Assembly: GCA_965248575.1 (NCBI GenBank)
Contig: CBDFJQ010000002.1
Coordinates: 2,336,001 to 2,400,000 of the forward strand
DNA from: Planctomycetota bacterium
GTDB lineage: Bacteria; Planctomycetota; B15-G4
Reading direction: 5' to 3'
DNA length: 64,000 nucleotides
Part shown: piece after piece, positions 28,010 to 37,820 of the stretch
Layout of the letters: each line of letters starts with the position of its first letter
Position numbering within the stretch: position 1 is the stretch's first letter
Notes under the pieces: generated by a model
What the model saw: the letters and a program-made list of their open reading frames with translations, nothing else
Databases searched by the model: none
What the model was told of the DNA's origin: nothing
Program-made: the position numbers and the translations under genes

Positions 28010-31000
28010 ATGGCGACGTCCCCTGCCACGCGTCGGTTGATCAGCAGCCTGTTCACCCTCGCCCTGCTGCTCGCAGTCAGCGCGACCTCCCCTGTCCGGG
28101 CCCAAGCCTTCGACGCGGGCCTCCTGCCCAAGGACATCTTCCTGGGTGCCATCGACAACGCCGGCGATGTGGACGTGCTCGTCTTCGAGGCCCTGCGGGA
28201 CACCAAGCTGACCCTCTCGCTCGCCGCCCAGAAGCCGGGCACGCTGCGCGCGGGGCTGCGCCTGATCAATCTCGCTGACGACTCGGTGGTCGCCCAGGCC
28301 GCTGCGACCAAGGCCAAGCTGAAGCTGGTGGTGTTCGCGCCCGGGACGGGCGCCTACCGGATCGAGGTCTCCAGCTCCGACGGCACCACGGGCCCGTACA
28401 AGGTCGGCTACAAGGAGAAGCTCGCCAAGGACGTGAGCAAGGTGAAGATCGATGCGGACGTCGCTGGGGGCGACGACTTCGACGTGCTCTTCGATGCGCT
28501 GCAAGGCTTCCAACTCAGCGGCAAGTTGCAGCGCTTCCCGAAGAAGTCCCCCGCCACGCCCGGTGAGCCGAGCCTCCTGCGGCCCCAGGGCGGCGGCCCC
28601 TTCGTCCTCGACGCGACAACGCTCAAGACCAACAAGAAGGGTGACCGCTACACGATCAAGAAGGCAGGCCTGGACGCCAGCGGCAGCTGGACCCTGCGCT
28701 CCGAGAACGTCGGCACCCAGGGCGGCCTGCGGGCAGCGCTGCGCGTCAAGCGCCTCAAGCAGAAGAAGCGCGTCATCGAGGAGACCGCCAGCCCCACCAC
28801 CCTGCTCGCCCCGCTGCTCGATGCCTTGCCCGGCATGACCGCCGCGAGTTCCCTGTCGGTCAGCGGCAGCGACGTGATGCCCTTCGGCAAGGTCCAGGTG
28901 CAAGGCGGCAGCATGCCGGTGCAGGTCACCGCCAACGCGGACGGCGAATTCAACGCCTCCGTACCCCTCAAGCTGAATGCCGTGCAGGTGCTCTTCGTGA
29001 GCCAGCTGCTCGACGATGAGCAAGGCCTGACCGCAACCCATGAAGTGGTGCAGGACAGCACCGCACCCACGGTCATCATCGACTTCCCCCTGAGTGGTGC
29101 CGTGCTCGGCAGCAGCACCACCAACGTCTCGGGCCGCGTGGGTGACCTGCTCAGCGGCTTCAGCGGATTGGTCGTGACGGTCAACGGCGTCAGCGCCAAC
29201 GTCAATGTCGGAGTCGGCACCAACGGCAGCTTCGACCTGGCTGGCGTCGCCTTGAATGCCAGCGGGAGCACCTTGCTCGAAGCCATGGCCACTGACGCGT
29301 TGGGCAACACCGGCACCACGTCCATCCAGGTGTCCTTCAAGGCCGCAGCCGGCGCCAAGTTGGCCCTGACGGGGGGCGACAACCAGATGGCTTCGGTGCA
29401 GAGCGTGCTCGGGACGCCGCTCCAGGTCAGCCTGACCAATGCATCCGCCGCCCCGCTCGTGGGTCGCCCCGTCAGCTTCCGGGTGATCAAGAGCGACGGC
29501 CTGCTCTCGGTGGGCACCGACAGCGAGAGCCAGCTGATGACCATGCTCACCGATGCGCAGGGCCTGGCCACCGTGGACTGGCAGCTGGGTAGCGATGCCG
29601 GCATGGGCAACAACCGCGTCGAGGTCACGGCCTCGGGTGTTCCCGGCGCCCTTTACTTCAACGCCTCCGCACTCGGGGCCACGGCGGACCAGATCGCGGT
29701 GGGCACGGGCAACGACCAGAGCGCCCAGGCGGGCGCGGCCCTCCCCCAAGCCCTCAGCGTCTGGGTCAGCGACGGGCTGAATGCCGCGCCCGGCGTGTCC
29801 GTCACCTTCGATGTGACCGAGGGCGGCGGCGGTCTGCAAGCCCTCGGCAGCAACGCAACGCCCGTTGCCCAACTCGTTGCCACCACTGACCTCACGGGCC
29901 ACGCCGCCGTGCGCTGGGTGCTCGGTGGCCTGCCGGGTTCCAACGCCGTGACCGCGAACTTCGCCGGCAACCCGGCGTCCGCCGTTCAGTTCCGAGCGGA
30001 GGGCCTCGGGCAACAGTTCACCAAGACGCGCTTCACGGGCCTGGTGCTCGACAACTCGCAACGCCCCCTGGGCGGGGCGCTCTGCGAGCTGCACTACAGC
30101 GACGACAGCGTGGTCAGCACCAACACCGGATCCGACGGACGCTTCGAGTTCACCGACCTGCCTCAGGGCGGCCAGGCGCAGCTCGCCGTGCACGGGGACG
30201 TGGCCACGACCTTGGCTGGCGACCCCATCAATGGAGCCACACTCACCTTCCCCGAACTGCACTACGAGACCTTCCTGGTGGAGGGGGCGGCCAACAGCCT
30301 GCCGCGCCCGGTCTTGTTGCCACCCCTGGACCCCACCGCCATCCAGATGTTCGACGGAACCGAGGACATCGAGCTCAGCTTGGCGGAGATGGAAGGTCTG
30401 CGCTTCCTGCTCGATGCCACCAGCGAGGTGCGTCACGCCGACGGAACGCTCGTGAGCCCATCCAACCCCATCGGACTCAGCCTCAGCCCTGTGCATGTGA
30501 GCGACATCCCCATGCCCTTCGCCGATGGCGCCGCGCCACCCTTCGCATGGACCCTGCAGCCCGGCGGCACCACCTTCGACCCGCCTTTGCGTCTTGAGGC
30601 TCCCAACATCCCGGGCCTGCCCGCTGGCGCCGTGGCGTACTTCATCTCCTTCAACCACGACACCATGCGCTTCGAGATCGTCAGCAACGCGACGGTCTCG
30701 GCAGACGCCACCAGCATCACCTCGGACCCCGGCCAGGGCATCGCCACTGCGGGTTGGGGCGGCTTCTGCCCGCCCTATCCGAACCAGGGGGATCTCTGCC
30801 CGAGCGACGACATCGACTGCCTGCTTCCGCCAGAACTCCAGCTCATCACGGACGACGCTGACGACGAGGAAGAAGACCTGGTGGACCCCACGACCGGGAG
30901 CGCCGTCTCCACGGCCCAGGGCACCCAGAGCGCACCGGGCTCCTCGGCCTTCGACTTCATCGAGGCCTTCGCCGTTGACGGAACCATCTCGTGCCAGGGC

Positions 31001-34000
31001 AGCACCCAGCAATGCGCCATCGACCTCCAGGCAGAGCTCGCCGCGGGCTTCTCGGCCACGGCCTTCGACTCCTGGAGCCTGATGCCCGAGGCCACCACCT
31101 ACAAGATGCTGATGACCACGCTGCACGGCAGCTTCACCGAGCTGCGCGGTCTGCAGGCCAGTGCCCACGCCCTGAACATCGGCATCAGCTGGCCCATCGC
31201 CTTGGCGGACACGGCCTTGACGGATTTCCTGAATGCCATCAACGCCTTCGACCCCGCCGCCCTCGAGAGCGCTCGGCAGCAGGTGCAGGACGACCACGAC
31301 GCGCTGGTGCTGCTGCTCGCCCAGCTCGCCAGCGGTAACGAAGGTGCCAGCCTGCAGGATCTGCAGGACCTGTTCACCCTGACCCAGGCAGATGCCACGG
31401 CCCTGCGCAGCCTGCTGGACGAATTCGACGAGCTTGCCCTACACGTCGACAAGCTGGACGACCTGCTGCTCCTGAACGGCGCCATGGTGCGCTCGGGCTT
31501 CGACGGCGGCTTCGCGAGTTCCATGGGCGGCTACCTCGTGCCCAACGTCACGGAAACACCGGCGCCTCGGCGCGTCGAGGTCATCCTGCAGGCAGGCGAC
31601 ATCACCCTCTACGGTCGCTCGGCCTTCGTCGCAGTGATCGCACAGCAGGGGGTCAACAGTGGCCCCATCACCCTCAGCTCCACGCCCCTGGTGGAGCTCG
31701 TCTCGATGCAGGCCGAGCTCATGGGCGGCGTGAACATCATCGACATGCTTGAGACGCCCGTGGCCGTCAGCACCATGGCCGACTTCAGTGACGGCAGCAG
31801 CTCATCGCTGGTGGGCTTCAATGATGGGCTGGGATACTCCAGCAGCAACAGCATCGTCCTGAGTGTCGACGCCAACGGCATGGCCACCGCCCATCAGGCG
31901 GGCCTCGCCCTGCTGTCCGTGACCCGGGAGGGTTCCGTCACCTCCTTCATCGTCGCCGTCACCCCGGGCATCCCCACCACCACCGTCAGCGGCATGGTGG
32001 TGGACACGAGCATGACGCCCGTGGTCGGCGCCGACGTAAGCACCAACGAGGGCGGCGCAGGAACAAGCGTCGCCAACGGACTGTTCGACATCGCCGGCCA
32101 GCTGGCCACTTCGGCAACCCTCGACGTGACGGCAGACATGGGCGGGCTCATGGGCTTCACCTTGGGCGTCCCCGTAGTGCCCGGCGGAAGCTCCCTGGCG
32201 GGCCTGATCGTGCTGGATGTCGACACGGACAGCGACGGCCTCCCCGACTGGTATGAGACCAACCTCTACGCCACGAACCCGGCCCTGGCCGACAGCGATG
32301 GGGATGGCCTGGACGACGGCCTCGAGGTCCTGCAGTTGGGGACCGACCCGACCCTCGCAGACTCCGACGGAGATGGCTTCGACGACGGCGCCGAAAACAC
32401 CCTCGGCTCCGACCCCAACCTCTTCGACAGCCCCACCACCATCGTCGGTAGCCTGATGCTGGATGGAGGCGGCGTGCCCAACAACGCCGTGGCGCACATC
32501 GCGGGAGCTCCTCCGACACTCTATGAGGCGGTCGCAGACGGCGGCGGCGACTTTGCGTTCGCCCCCTACCCCGCCAGCCTCTCGCCCGTGACGGTCCTGG
32601 CCACGGCACCGGGCGGCTTCGTGGGCACCTCATCCGCAACGCCTGCCGTGCCTGACGGCACCACCGACGTGGGCGAGATCCCCATGGAACTGCAGCTGGA
32701 CCCTCTGTTCCTGGGCCGCAAGTTCGAGCTGAGCGATTTCCCCAGGGAGATTGCCTATGGGGACATCAACAGCGACGGCCGCGTGGACCTGGCGGTCACC
32801 TTGGGCTTCTCCGTGGGAGTGGAGTTCCTGCTGGGGCAGCCGGGAGGAACCTATGAACTGGGCGGCCAGGTGACGGTGCTCAACCCCCAAAGTCTCGTGC
32901 TCAAAGACTTTGACGGTGACACCCTCCTCGACTTGGCGACGACAGCTGGCAGCGGTGACGTCCACGTCCACCTCGGCAATGGGGATGGCACGTTTACCTT
33001 CCAGGCCATGTACAGCGTCGGGAGTGTGCCGCAGGACGTGCTCGCCTTTGACAGCAACAGCGACACCTTCCTCGACCTCCACGTCATGTCTGCCAACGGG
33101 TTGTTCACTCTGCTTGGCAACGGGGATGGCAGCTTTGCTGCGGCGACCAGCGTGGCTCTGGGCAACTCGCCTCGCTCCATGGATGCCGGGCTGGTCAACG
33201 GGGACGCCTTCATGGATCTCGTGGTCTCCCACGTTGGCACCCAGGACTTCATGGTCCTGCTCGGGGACGGCGGCGGCACCTTCTTGCCGCTGACCCAACC
33301 CTTCCTGGGCGGCCCCGCGGAGGTCGCCCTGGGCTTCTACGACAACGATGCCGTGCTGGACGTCGCCTTCGGCAGCCCCTTCAACGGCCTCACCAAGATC
33401 TACAGCGGCAACGGAGACGGAAGCTTCGTGGAGGTGTTCACGGTGGACGCGATCTTCCGGGCTGTGGACCTCGTCAGTGCCGATCTCAACGGCGACGGTG
33501 ACGTCGACCTGATCCAGGCCACGCAAGATGCTCACGACATGCGGGTCCTGCATGGCAACGGCGACGGCACCTTCAATGCACCCGTCAATTATGAGACGGG
33601 TCGCGGGCCCCAGGCCTTGGTCGTCACGGACCTGGACGCCGATGGAATTCTGGACGCCGCCGTGGCGAACTTGAGCACCGAGGACGTTTCCATCCTGCAC
33701 GGGCTCGGCGACGGCACCTTCGACGTCGCCTCCAAATACGACGGGGGCGCGAGCACCATCTGGGGTGCCCTGGCTGATCTCAACGGCGACATGGCGCTGG
33801 ACCTGCTCGTGGCCAACGGCGCAGGCGACCACTCCTACACGCTCCTGGGCGACGGCATGGGTGACTTCGCAACGCCGTTCTTCGTGGACCTGCCCTCCAC
33901 ATCCGCGCTCCTGACTCTCGGGCATCTCAACGGCGACAACGTGCTCGACATGATCAGTTTCGAGCCCAACACCAACTCGGTGCACTCACGTCTTGGGCTC

Positions 34001-34741
34001 GGCGACGGTGACTTCGCCCCTAACGTGGTGGTGCACACCGGGAATTTCCTGGCAGGCGCAGCGTTGGGGCATTTCGACGCTGGCAACGACCTGGACCTGC
34101 TGGTGGTCAACCGCTCCGCGAGCAATTTCTCGGTGTTGCTCGGAGATGGCGACGGCACCTTCACCTTCAAGGAGGACGTGACGTCGGGCACGAGTCCCAC
34201 GGTGGTACGGGTGGGCGACCTCGACGGAAACGGAACCCTGGACGCCGTGGTCACGGATGTCTTCGAGCGGGAACTGGACATCTTCCTCAACGACGGCTCA
34301 GCCAACTTCACGCCCGCGCCGACCCCGTCCATCTCGCTGGTGAACGACGCTCGGGATCTCATCCTGGCCGACCTGGACGGCGACGGCGCCCTGGACATCC
34401 TGGCTTCGGCAGAGTTTGGCGATGAGCTCTACGTGATCCTCGGCAACGGAGACGGCAGTTTCGCGCCGCTCGTCGCCGAACCCATCGACTCCCCCGACAG
34501 CCCGGTGGTCGGCGACTTCAACGGGGACGGCGCCCTGGACGTGGCGCTCTTCAACGTCAACTCCATCGAAGTGACGGTACTCCTCGGCGACGGCGACGGG
34601 GGGTTCCTCGAGCGGCAGGTCTTCCATGCAGGCGAGAAGCCCAGTCGACTCCTGGTCGGCCTGATCAACGACGACGCCCTGCTCGACCTCGTCGCCCTCA
34701 ACCACTCGGGCAGGCTCTCGTTGGTGCTGCTGCACCAGTAG
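28010..34741 (+). CDS. Giant secreted adhesin-like protein (Ig/invasin-like domains, Ca-binding DxDxDG repeats, 14 FG-GAP repeats)
   Basis: 2243 aa; signal peptide; GGDNQ/GNDQ Big_1-like domains; three TSP3-like DxDxDG repeats; 14 DxxxDxxxD repeats at the C-terminus. Confidence 0.85.
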   Translation: MATSPATRRLISSLFTLALLLAVSATSPVRAQAFDAGLLPKDIFLGAIDNAGDVDVLVFEALRDTKLTLSLAAQKPGTLRAGLRLINLADDSVVAQAAATKAKLKLVVFAPGTGAYRIEVSSSDGTTGPYKVGYKEKLAKDVSKVKIDADVAGGDDFDVLFDALQGFQLSGKLQRFPKKSPATPGEPSLLRPQGGGPFVLDATTLKTNKKGDRYTIKKAGLDASGSWTLRSENVGTQGGLRAALRVKRLKQKKRVIEETASPTTLLAPLLDALPGMTAASSLSVSGSDVMPFGKVQVQGGSMPVQVTANADGEFNASVPLKLNAVQVLFVSQLLDDEQGLTATHEVVQDSTAPTVIIDFPLSGAVLGSSTTNVSGRVGDLLSGFSGLVVTVNGVSANVNVGVGTNGSFDLAGVALNASGSTLLEAMATDALGNTGTTSIQVSFKAAAGAKLALTGGDNQMASVQSVLGTPLQVSLTNASAAPLVGRPVSFRVIKSDGLLSVGTDSESQLMTMLTDAQGLATVDWQLGSDAGMGNNRVEVTASGVPGALYFNASALGATADQIAVGTGNDQSAQAGAALPQALSVWVSDGLNAAPGVSVTFDVTEGGGGLQALGSNATPVAQLVATTDLTGHAAVRWVLGGLPGSNAVTANFAGNPASAVQFRAEGLGQQFTKTRFTGLVLDNSQRPLGGALCELHYSDDSVVSTNTGSDGRFEFTDLPQGGQAQLAVHGDVATTLAGDPINGATLTFPELHYETFLVEGAANSLPRPVLLPPLDPTAIQMFDGTEDIELSLAEMEGLRFLLDATSEVRHADGTLVSPSNPIGLSLSPVHVSDIPMPFADGAAPPFAWTLQPGGTTFDPPLRLEAPNIPGLPAGAVAYFISFNHDTMRFEIVSNATVSADATSITSDPGQGIATAGWGGFCPPYPNQGDLCPSDDIDCLLPPELQLITDDADDEEEDLVDPTTGSAVSTAQGTQSAPGSSAFDFIEAFAVDGTISCQGSTQQCAIDLQAELAAGFSATAFDSWSLMPEATTYKMLMTTLHGSFTELRGLQASAHALNIGISWPIALADTALTDFLNAINAFDPAALESARQQVQDDHDALVLLLAQLASGNEGASLQDLQDLFTLTQADATALRSLLDEFDELALHVDKLDDLLLLNGAMVRSGFDGGFASSMGGYLVPNVTETPAPRRVEVILQAGDITLYGRSAFVAVIAQQGVNSGPITLSSTPLVELVSMQAELMGGVNIIDMLETPVAVSTMADFSDGSSSSLVGFNDGLGYSSSNSIVLSVDANGMATAHQAGLALLSVTREGSVTSFIVAVTPGIPTTTVSGMVVDTSMTPVVGADVSTNEGGAGTSVANGLFDIAGQLATSATLDVTADMGGLMGFTLGVPVVPGGSSLAGLIVLDVDTDSDGLPDWYETNLYATNPALADSDGDGLDDGLEVLQLGTDPTLADSDGDGFDDGAENTLGSDPNLFDSPTTIVGSLMLDGGGVPNNAVAHIAGAPPTLYEAVADGGGDFAFAPYPASLSPVTVLATAPGGFVGTSSATPAVPDGTTDVGEIPMELQLDPLFLGRKFELSDFPREIAYGDINSDGRVDLAVTLGFSVGVEFLLGQPGGTYELGGQVTVLNPQSLVLKDFDGDTLLDLATTAGSGDVHVHLGNGDGTFTFQAMYSVGSVPQDVLAFDSNSDTFLDLHVMSANGLFTLLGNGDGSFAAATSVALGNSPRSMDAGLVNGDAFMDLVVSHVGTQDFMVLLGDGGGTFLPLTQPFLGGPAEVALGFYDNDAVLDVAFGSPFNGLTKIYSGNGDGSFVEVFTVDAIFRAVDLVSADLNGDGDVDLIQATQDAHDMRVLHGNGDGTFNAPVNYETGRGPQALVVTDLDADGILDAAVANLSTEDVSILHGLGDGTFDVASKYDGGASTIWGALADLNGDMALDLLVANGAGDHSYTLLGDGMGDFATPFFVDLPSTSALLTLGHLNGDNVLDMISFEPNTNSVHSRLGLGDGDFAPNVVVHTGNFLAGAALGHFDAGNDLDLLVVNRSASNFSVLLGDGDGTFTFKEDVTSGTSPTVVRVGDLDGNGTLDAVVTDVFERELDIFLNDGSANFTPAPTPSISLVNDARDLILADLDGDGALDILASAEFGDELYVILGNGDGSFAPLVAEPIDSPDSPVVGDFNGDGALDVALFNVNSIEVTVLLGDGDGGFLERQVFHAGEKPSRLLVGLINDDALLDLVALNHSGRLSLVLLHQ

Positions 34742-34789
34742 CAGCGGAGAGTGCGCGCGGTCCGTGGGCCGTGCGGGCCAGGCCGCCGC

Positions 34790-35878
34790 TCAGCTTCCGC
34801 TGGGGAGCAGCTCCGGGTGGCTCTTCAGCCAACCGAAGACAGCCTCGGCAGCGAGGCGAGAGCCGAGGGCGTTGGGGTGCATGCCGTCGCCCTCCTCGGC
34901 CTGCAGCGCTTCGCCCCCCGTGTAGCGGGACACCACGCTTTCCTTGCTCTCCGGCTCTTGATCGAGGTAGGCCGCATAGTCTTGGCGGAACATCTCGTCC
35001 AGGCGGTACGTCTCGATGCCCAGCTTGGCGGCGAGCAGCTCCACGAGCATGATGTCCGGGTCGCTCTTGGCGAAGAGGAAGGGCTTGAAGTAGACCTCCG
35101 CGGGCCCGAAAGACGGCCACAGAAGCATCGCCAGCTTGCTCCCTTGGGCATCGGCCTGCTCCTTCAGCAGACGCAGCCCATCCAGCATGGGGTTCTCCCC
35201 CATGGCCTTCTCGTTCTCACTCTCGGCGACCCTCGGCTGCCCAAACTTGAAGAGCTTGAGGGCGTGGGCCGTGGCGCGAAAGGCATCCGAACGGTCCAGC
35301 AGCCAGTTCACGGCGGCGGGGCGCTCGTAGGTCGCCCGGCCGATGTCCTGGTTCGTCCGGGCCCACTGATCGTTGGACACGAACAGCAGCAGCACCAGAT
35401 CGGGGTCGAAGGCCCGTCCCCTCACGGCGAAGAGTTCGGCTTCCGCCCGGGTGTTGTAGCCGCTGACGCCGAAGTTCAGCACCTCGACCCCCTGCAACGA
35501 CAAGAGCCGCTCCAGCTGCCGGGAGATGGTCTGTTCGAGCGGTGTGCGGATGCCCTGGACCACGGAGTCGCCGAGCAAGAGGATCCGCGGGCCGGACTTC
35601 TGGAGCGAGCGCTCCACGTCCCGCTGGCCGTGGCTGTTGGTTGCAAAGACGAGCCCGTTACGCGGGCTCTCGGGCTTCCAGTCGGGCTTGAGGTCGTAGC
35701 CGAGGACAGGGTTCTCGCTCAGTCGGAAGGCGCTCCCGGCACCCCGGACGTCCAAGCGCATCATGGTGGGTGCGAGGCCCAGTGAGCGCACGAGAAGCTC
35801 GGCGAGCCCGAGCCCCAGCAGAAGGGCCCCGAGCACGAGCACGAGACGCGGTATCATTTTCGACTTCGGGCGGGGCAT
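34790..35878 (-). CDS. Membrane-anchored SGNH/GDSL hydrolase
   Basis: LLLGDS, NFGVSGYN, FVSND, DGMHPNALG; N-terminal TM segment. Confidence 0.9.
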   Translation of the reverse strand: MPRPKSKMIPRLVLVLGALLLGLGLAELLVRSLGLAPTMMRLDVRGAGSAFRLSENPVLGYDLKPDWKPESPRNGLVFATNSHGQRDVERSLQKSGPRILLLGDSVVQGIRTPLEQTISRQLERLLSLQGVEVLNFGVSGYNTRAEAELFAVRGRAFDPDLVLLLFVSNDQWARTNQDIGRATYERPAAVNWLLDRSDAFRATAHALKLFKFGQPRVAESENEKAMGENPMLDGLRLLKEQADAQGSKLAMLLWPSFGPAEVYFKPFLFAKSDPDIMLVELLAAKLGIETYRLDEMFRQDYAAYLDQEPESKESVVSRYTGGEALQAEEGDGMHPNALGSRLAAEAVFGWLKSHPELLPSGS

Positions 35879-35963
35879 CTTCGACGTGCACGCAGGTGTT
35901 ACAGGATCGGGAATCAGGCCGGTGCCCGTGTGTAGCAGATTTCCAGATGGCATGCTGGGGTCC

Positions 35964-37811
35964 ATGGAAGAGAGCAAGGACAGCTCTGCAAACGAAGCCC
36001 GCCGTAAGCCCCGCTTCAGCGTGTTGCACGTGATCATGGTGATCCTCGTCGCCATGCTGCTGCGGGATGCCTGGGTCCAGAGCCGCGATGTCGCGCTGGT
36101 GCCCTACAGCCAGTTCCAGGAGTGGCTGGCTAACGATCTGGTCCAAGATGTCGTCGTGCGCGGGCAGCAGGTCAGTGGCGAGCTGAAGCAGGAGCTCGAT
36201 GGCAAGACACGCTTCAGCACAACCCGCGTAGAGCAGGACCTGGCCGTCGAGCTCCAGGAACACGGCGTGACCTTCACGGGCCAGGAAGACAGCCAGTTCT
36301 TGCCACTGCTGCTCTCCTGGGTCATCCCGCTCGGGTTGTTCCTGCTCTTCATCTCCTTCATGGCCAAGCGCAGGGCTGCAGGCGGTGGTGCTGGGCTGCT
36401 GTCCATCGGCAAGAGCCGTGCGAAGGTCTTCGTCGAGACGGACACCCAAACCACCTTCGCCGACGTCGCGGGTGTCGAGGAGGCCAAGGCCGAGCTGCAG
36501 GAGATCGTCACCTTCCTGAAGGACCCCACCAGCCATGGCAGGCTCGGCGCGCGCATGCCCAAGGGCAGCCTGCTCGTGGGGCCACCCGGCACCGGCAAGA
36601 CGCTGCTGGCCCGGGCGGTGGCCGGCGAGGCCGGCGTCCCCTTCTTCTCCATCAGCGGCAGCGAGTTCGTGGAGATGTTCGTGGGCGTAGGCGCCTCACG
36701 CGTCCGCGATCTCTTCGAACAGGCGCGCAAGCGTTCGCCTTGCATCATCTTCATCGATGAGCTGGACGCCATCGGTCGGGCCCGGGGCGCCTTCCCCGGG
36801 GCGGGCGGCCACGACGAGAAGGAGCAGACCCTCAACCAGCTGCTGGTGGAGCTCGACGGCTTCGACCCCAGCACCGGCATCGTGCTGCTCGCCGCCACCA
36901 ACCGCCCCGAGATCCTCGACCCGGCCCTGCTCCGGGCGGGCCGCTTCGACCGCCAGATCCTCGTGGACCGGCCGGACAAGAACGGCCGCGCGGCCATCCT
37001 CATGGTGCACATGGCGATGATCGTCTACGCAGAGGAGGTCGACGCCGATGCCGTGGCTGCCCTCACGCCGGGCTTCACCGGCGCCGACCTCGCCAACCTG
37101 GTGAATGAAGCGGCACTGGCTGCCACCCGCCGCAATGCCGAGGCCGTCACGATGGACGACTTCAATGCGGCCATCGAGCGCATCATCGCCGGGCTCGAGA
37201 AGCGCAACCGCCTGCTCAACGTCGTGGAACGAAAAGTGGTCGCTCATCACGAGATGGGCCACGCTCTCGTGGCAGCGGCCCTGCAGACCACGGACCGTGT
37301 GCACAAGGTGTCCATCATCCCGCGTGGCATCTCCGCCCTGGGCTACACCATCCAACGCCCCATCGAAGACCGCTACCTCATGATGCGCGATGAGTTGGCC
37401 GACCGCATGGCGGTGCTCCTGGGGGGGCGCGCTGCGGAAGAGCTCATCTTCGAGCGCATCTCCACGGGCGCCTCGGACGACCTGGCCAAGGCCACGGACC
37501 TCGCGCGCGGCATGGCCATGCGCTACGGCATGGTGCCGGAGCTCGGGCATGGCATCTGGGACTCCGACCCGCGTCCGGGGCCCGGCGGCGTCTGGTCCAA
37601 GAACGACTTCAGCGAAAGCACCGCCCAGGCCATCGATGTTGCCGTGAAGCAGCTGCTCGAGGGCGCCTACACGAGAGCCGCTGCGGTTCTCCGGCAGAAC
37701 CGCAGCGTCCTCGAAGAGAGCTCCGCCGCGCTGCTCGAGGCGGAGACTCTCGACGAGGAGGCGCTGGGTGCGTTCTTCAAGCGCCTGCAGATCCCTCCTG
37801 AGGTTGACTAG
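35964..37811 (+). CDS. ftsH: ATP-dependent zinc metalloprotease FtsH
   Basis: Two TM segments; [31 protein letters not shown] and HEMGH. Confidence 0.95.
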   Translation: MEESKDSSANEARRKPRFSVLHVIMVILVAMLLRDAWVQSRDVALVPYSQFQEWLANDLVQDVVVRGQQVSGELKQELDGKTRFSTTRVEQDLAVELQEHGVTFTGQEDSQFLPLLLSWVIPLGLFLLFISFMAKRRAAGGGAGLLSIGKSRAKVFVETDTQTTFADVAGVEEAKAELQEIVTFLKDPTSHGRLGARMPKGSLLVGPPGTGKTLLARAVAGEAGVPFFSISGSEFVEMFVGVGASRVRDLFEQARKRSPCIIFIDELDAIGRARGAFPGAGGHDEKEQTLNQLLVELDGFDPSTGIVLLAATNRPEILDPALLRAGRFDRQILVDRPDKNGRAAILMVHMAMIVYAEEVDADAVAALTPGFTGADLANLVNEAALAATRRNAEAVTMDDFNAAIERIIAGLEKRNRLLNVVERKVVAHHEMGHALVAAALQTTDRVHKVSIIPRGISALGYTIQRPIEDRYLMMRDELADRMAVLLGGRAAEELIFERISTGASDDLAKATDLARGMAMRYGMVPELGHGIWDSDPRPGPGGVWSKNDFSESTAQAIDVAVKQLLEGAYTRAAAVLRQNRSVLEESSAALLEAETLDEEALGAFFKRLQIPPEVD

Positions 37812-37820
37812 GCGGACGCC

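Noticed and set aside
27878..31297. 1139-aa minus-strand ORF
   Set aside because: Antisense shadow of the 2243-aa gene, expected from GC-rich codon bias; no recognisable motifs.
32750..34740. Recurring GGCAACGGCGACGGC-like DNA repeats
   Set aside because: Explained by the protein-level FG-GAP repeats.
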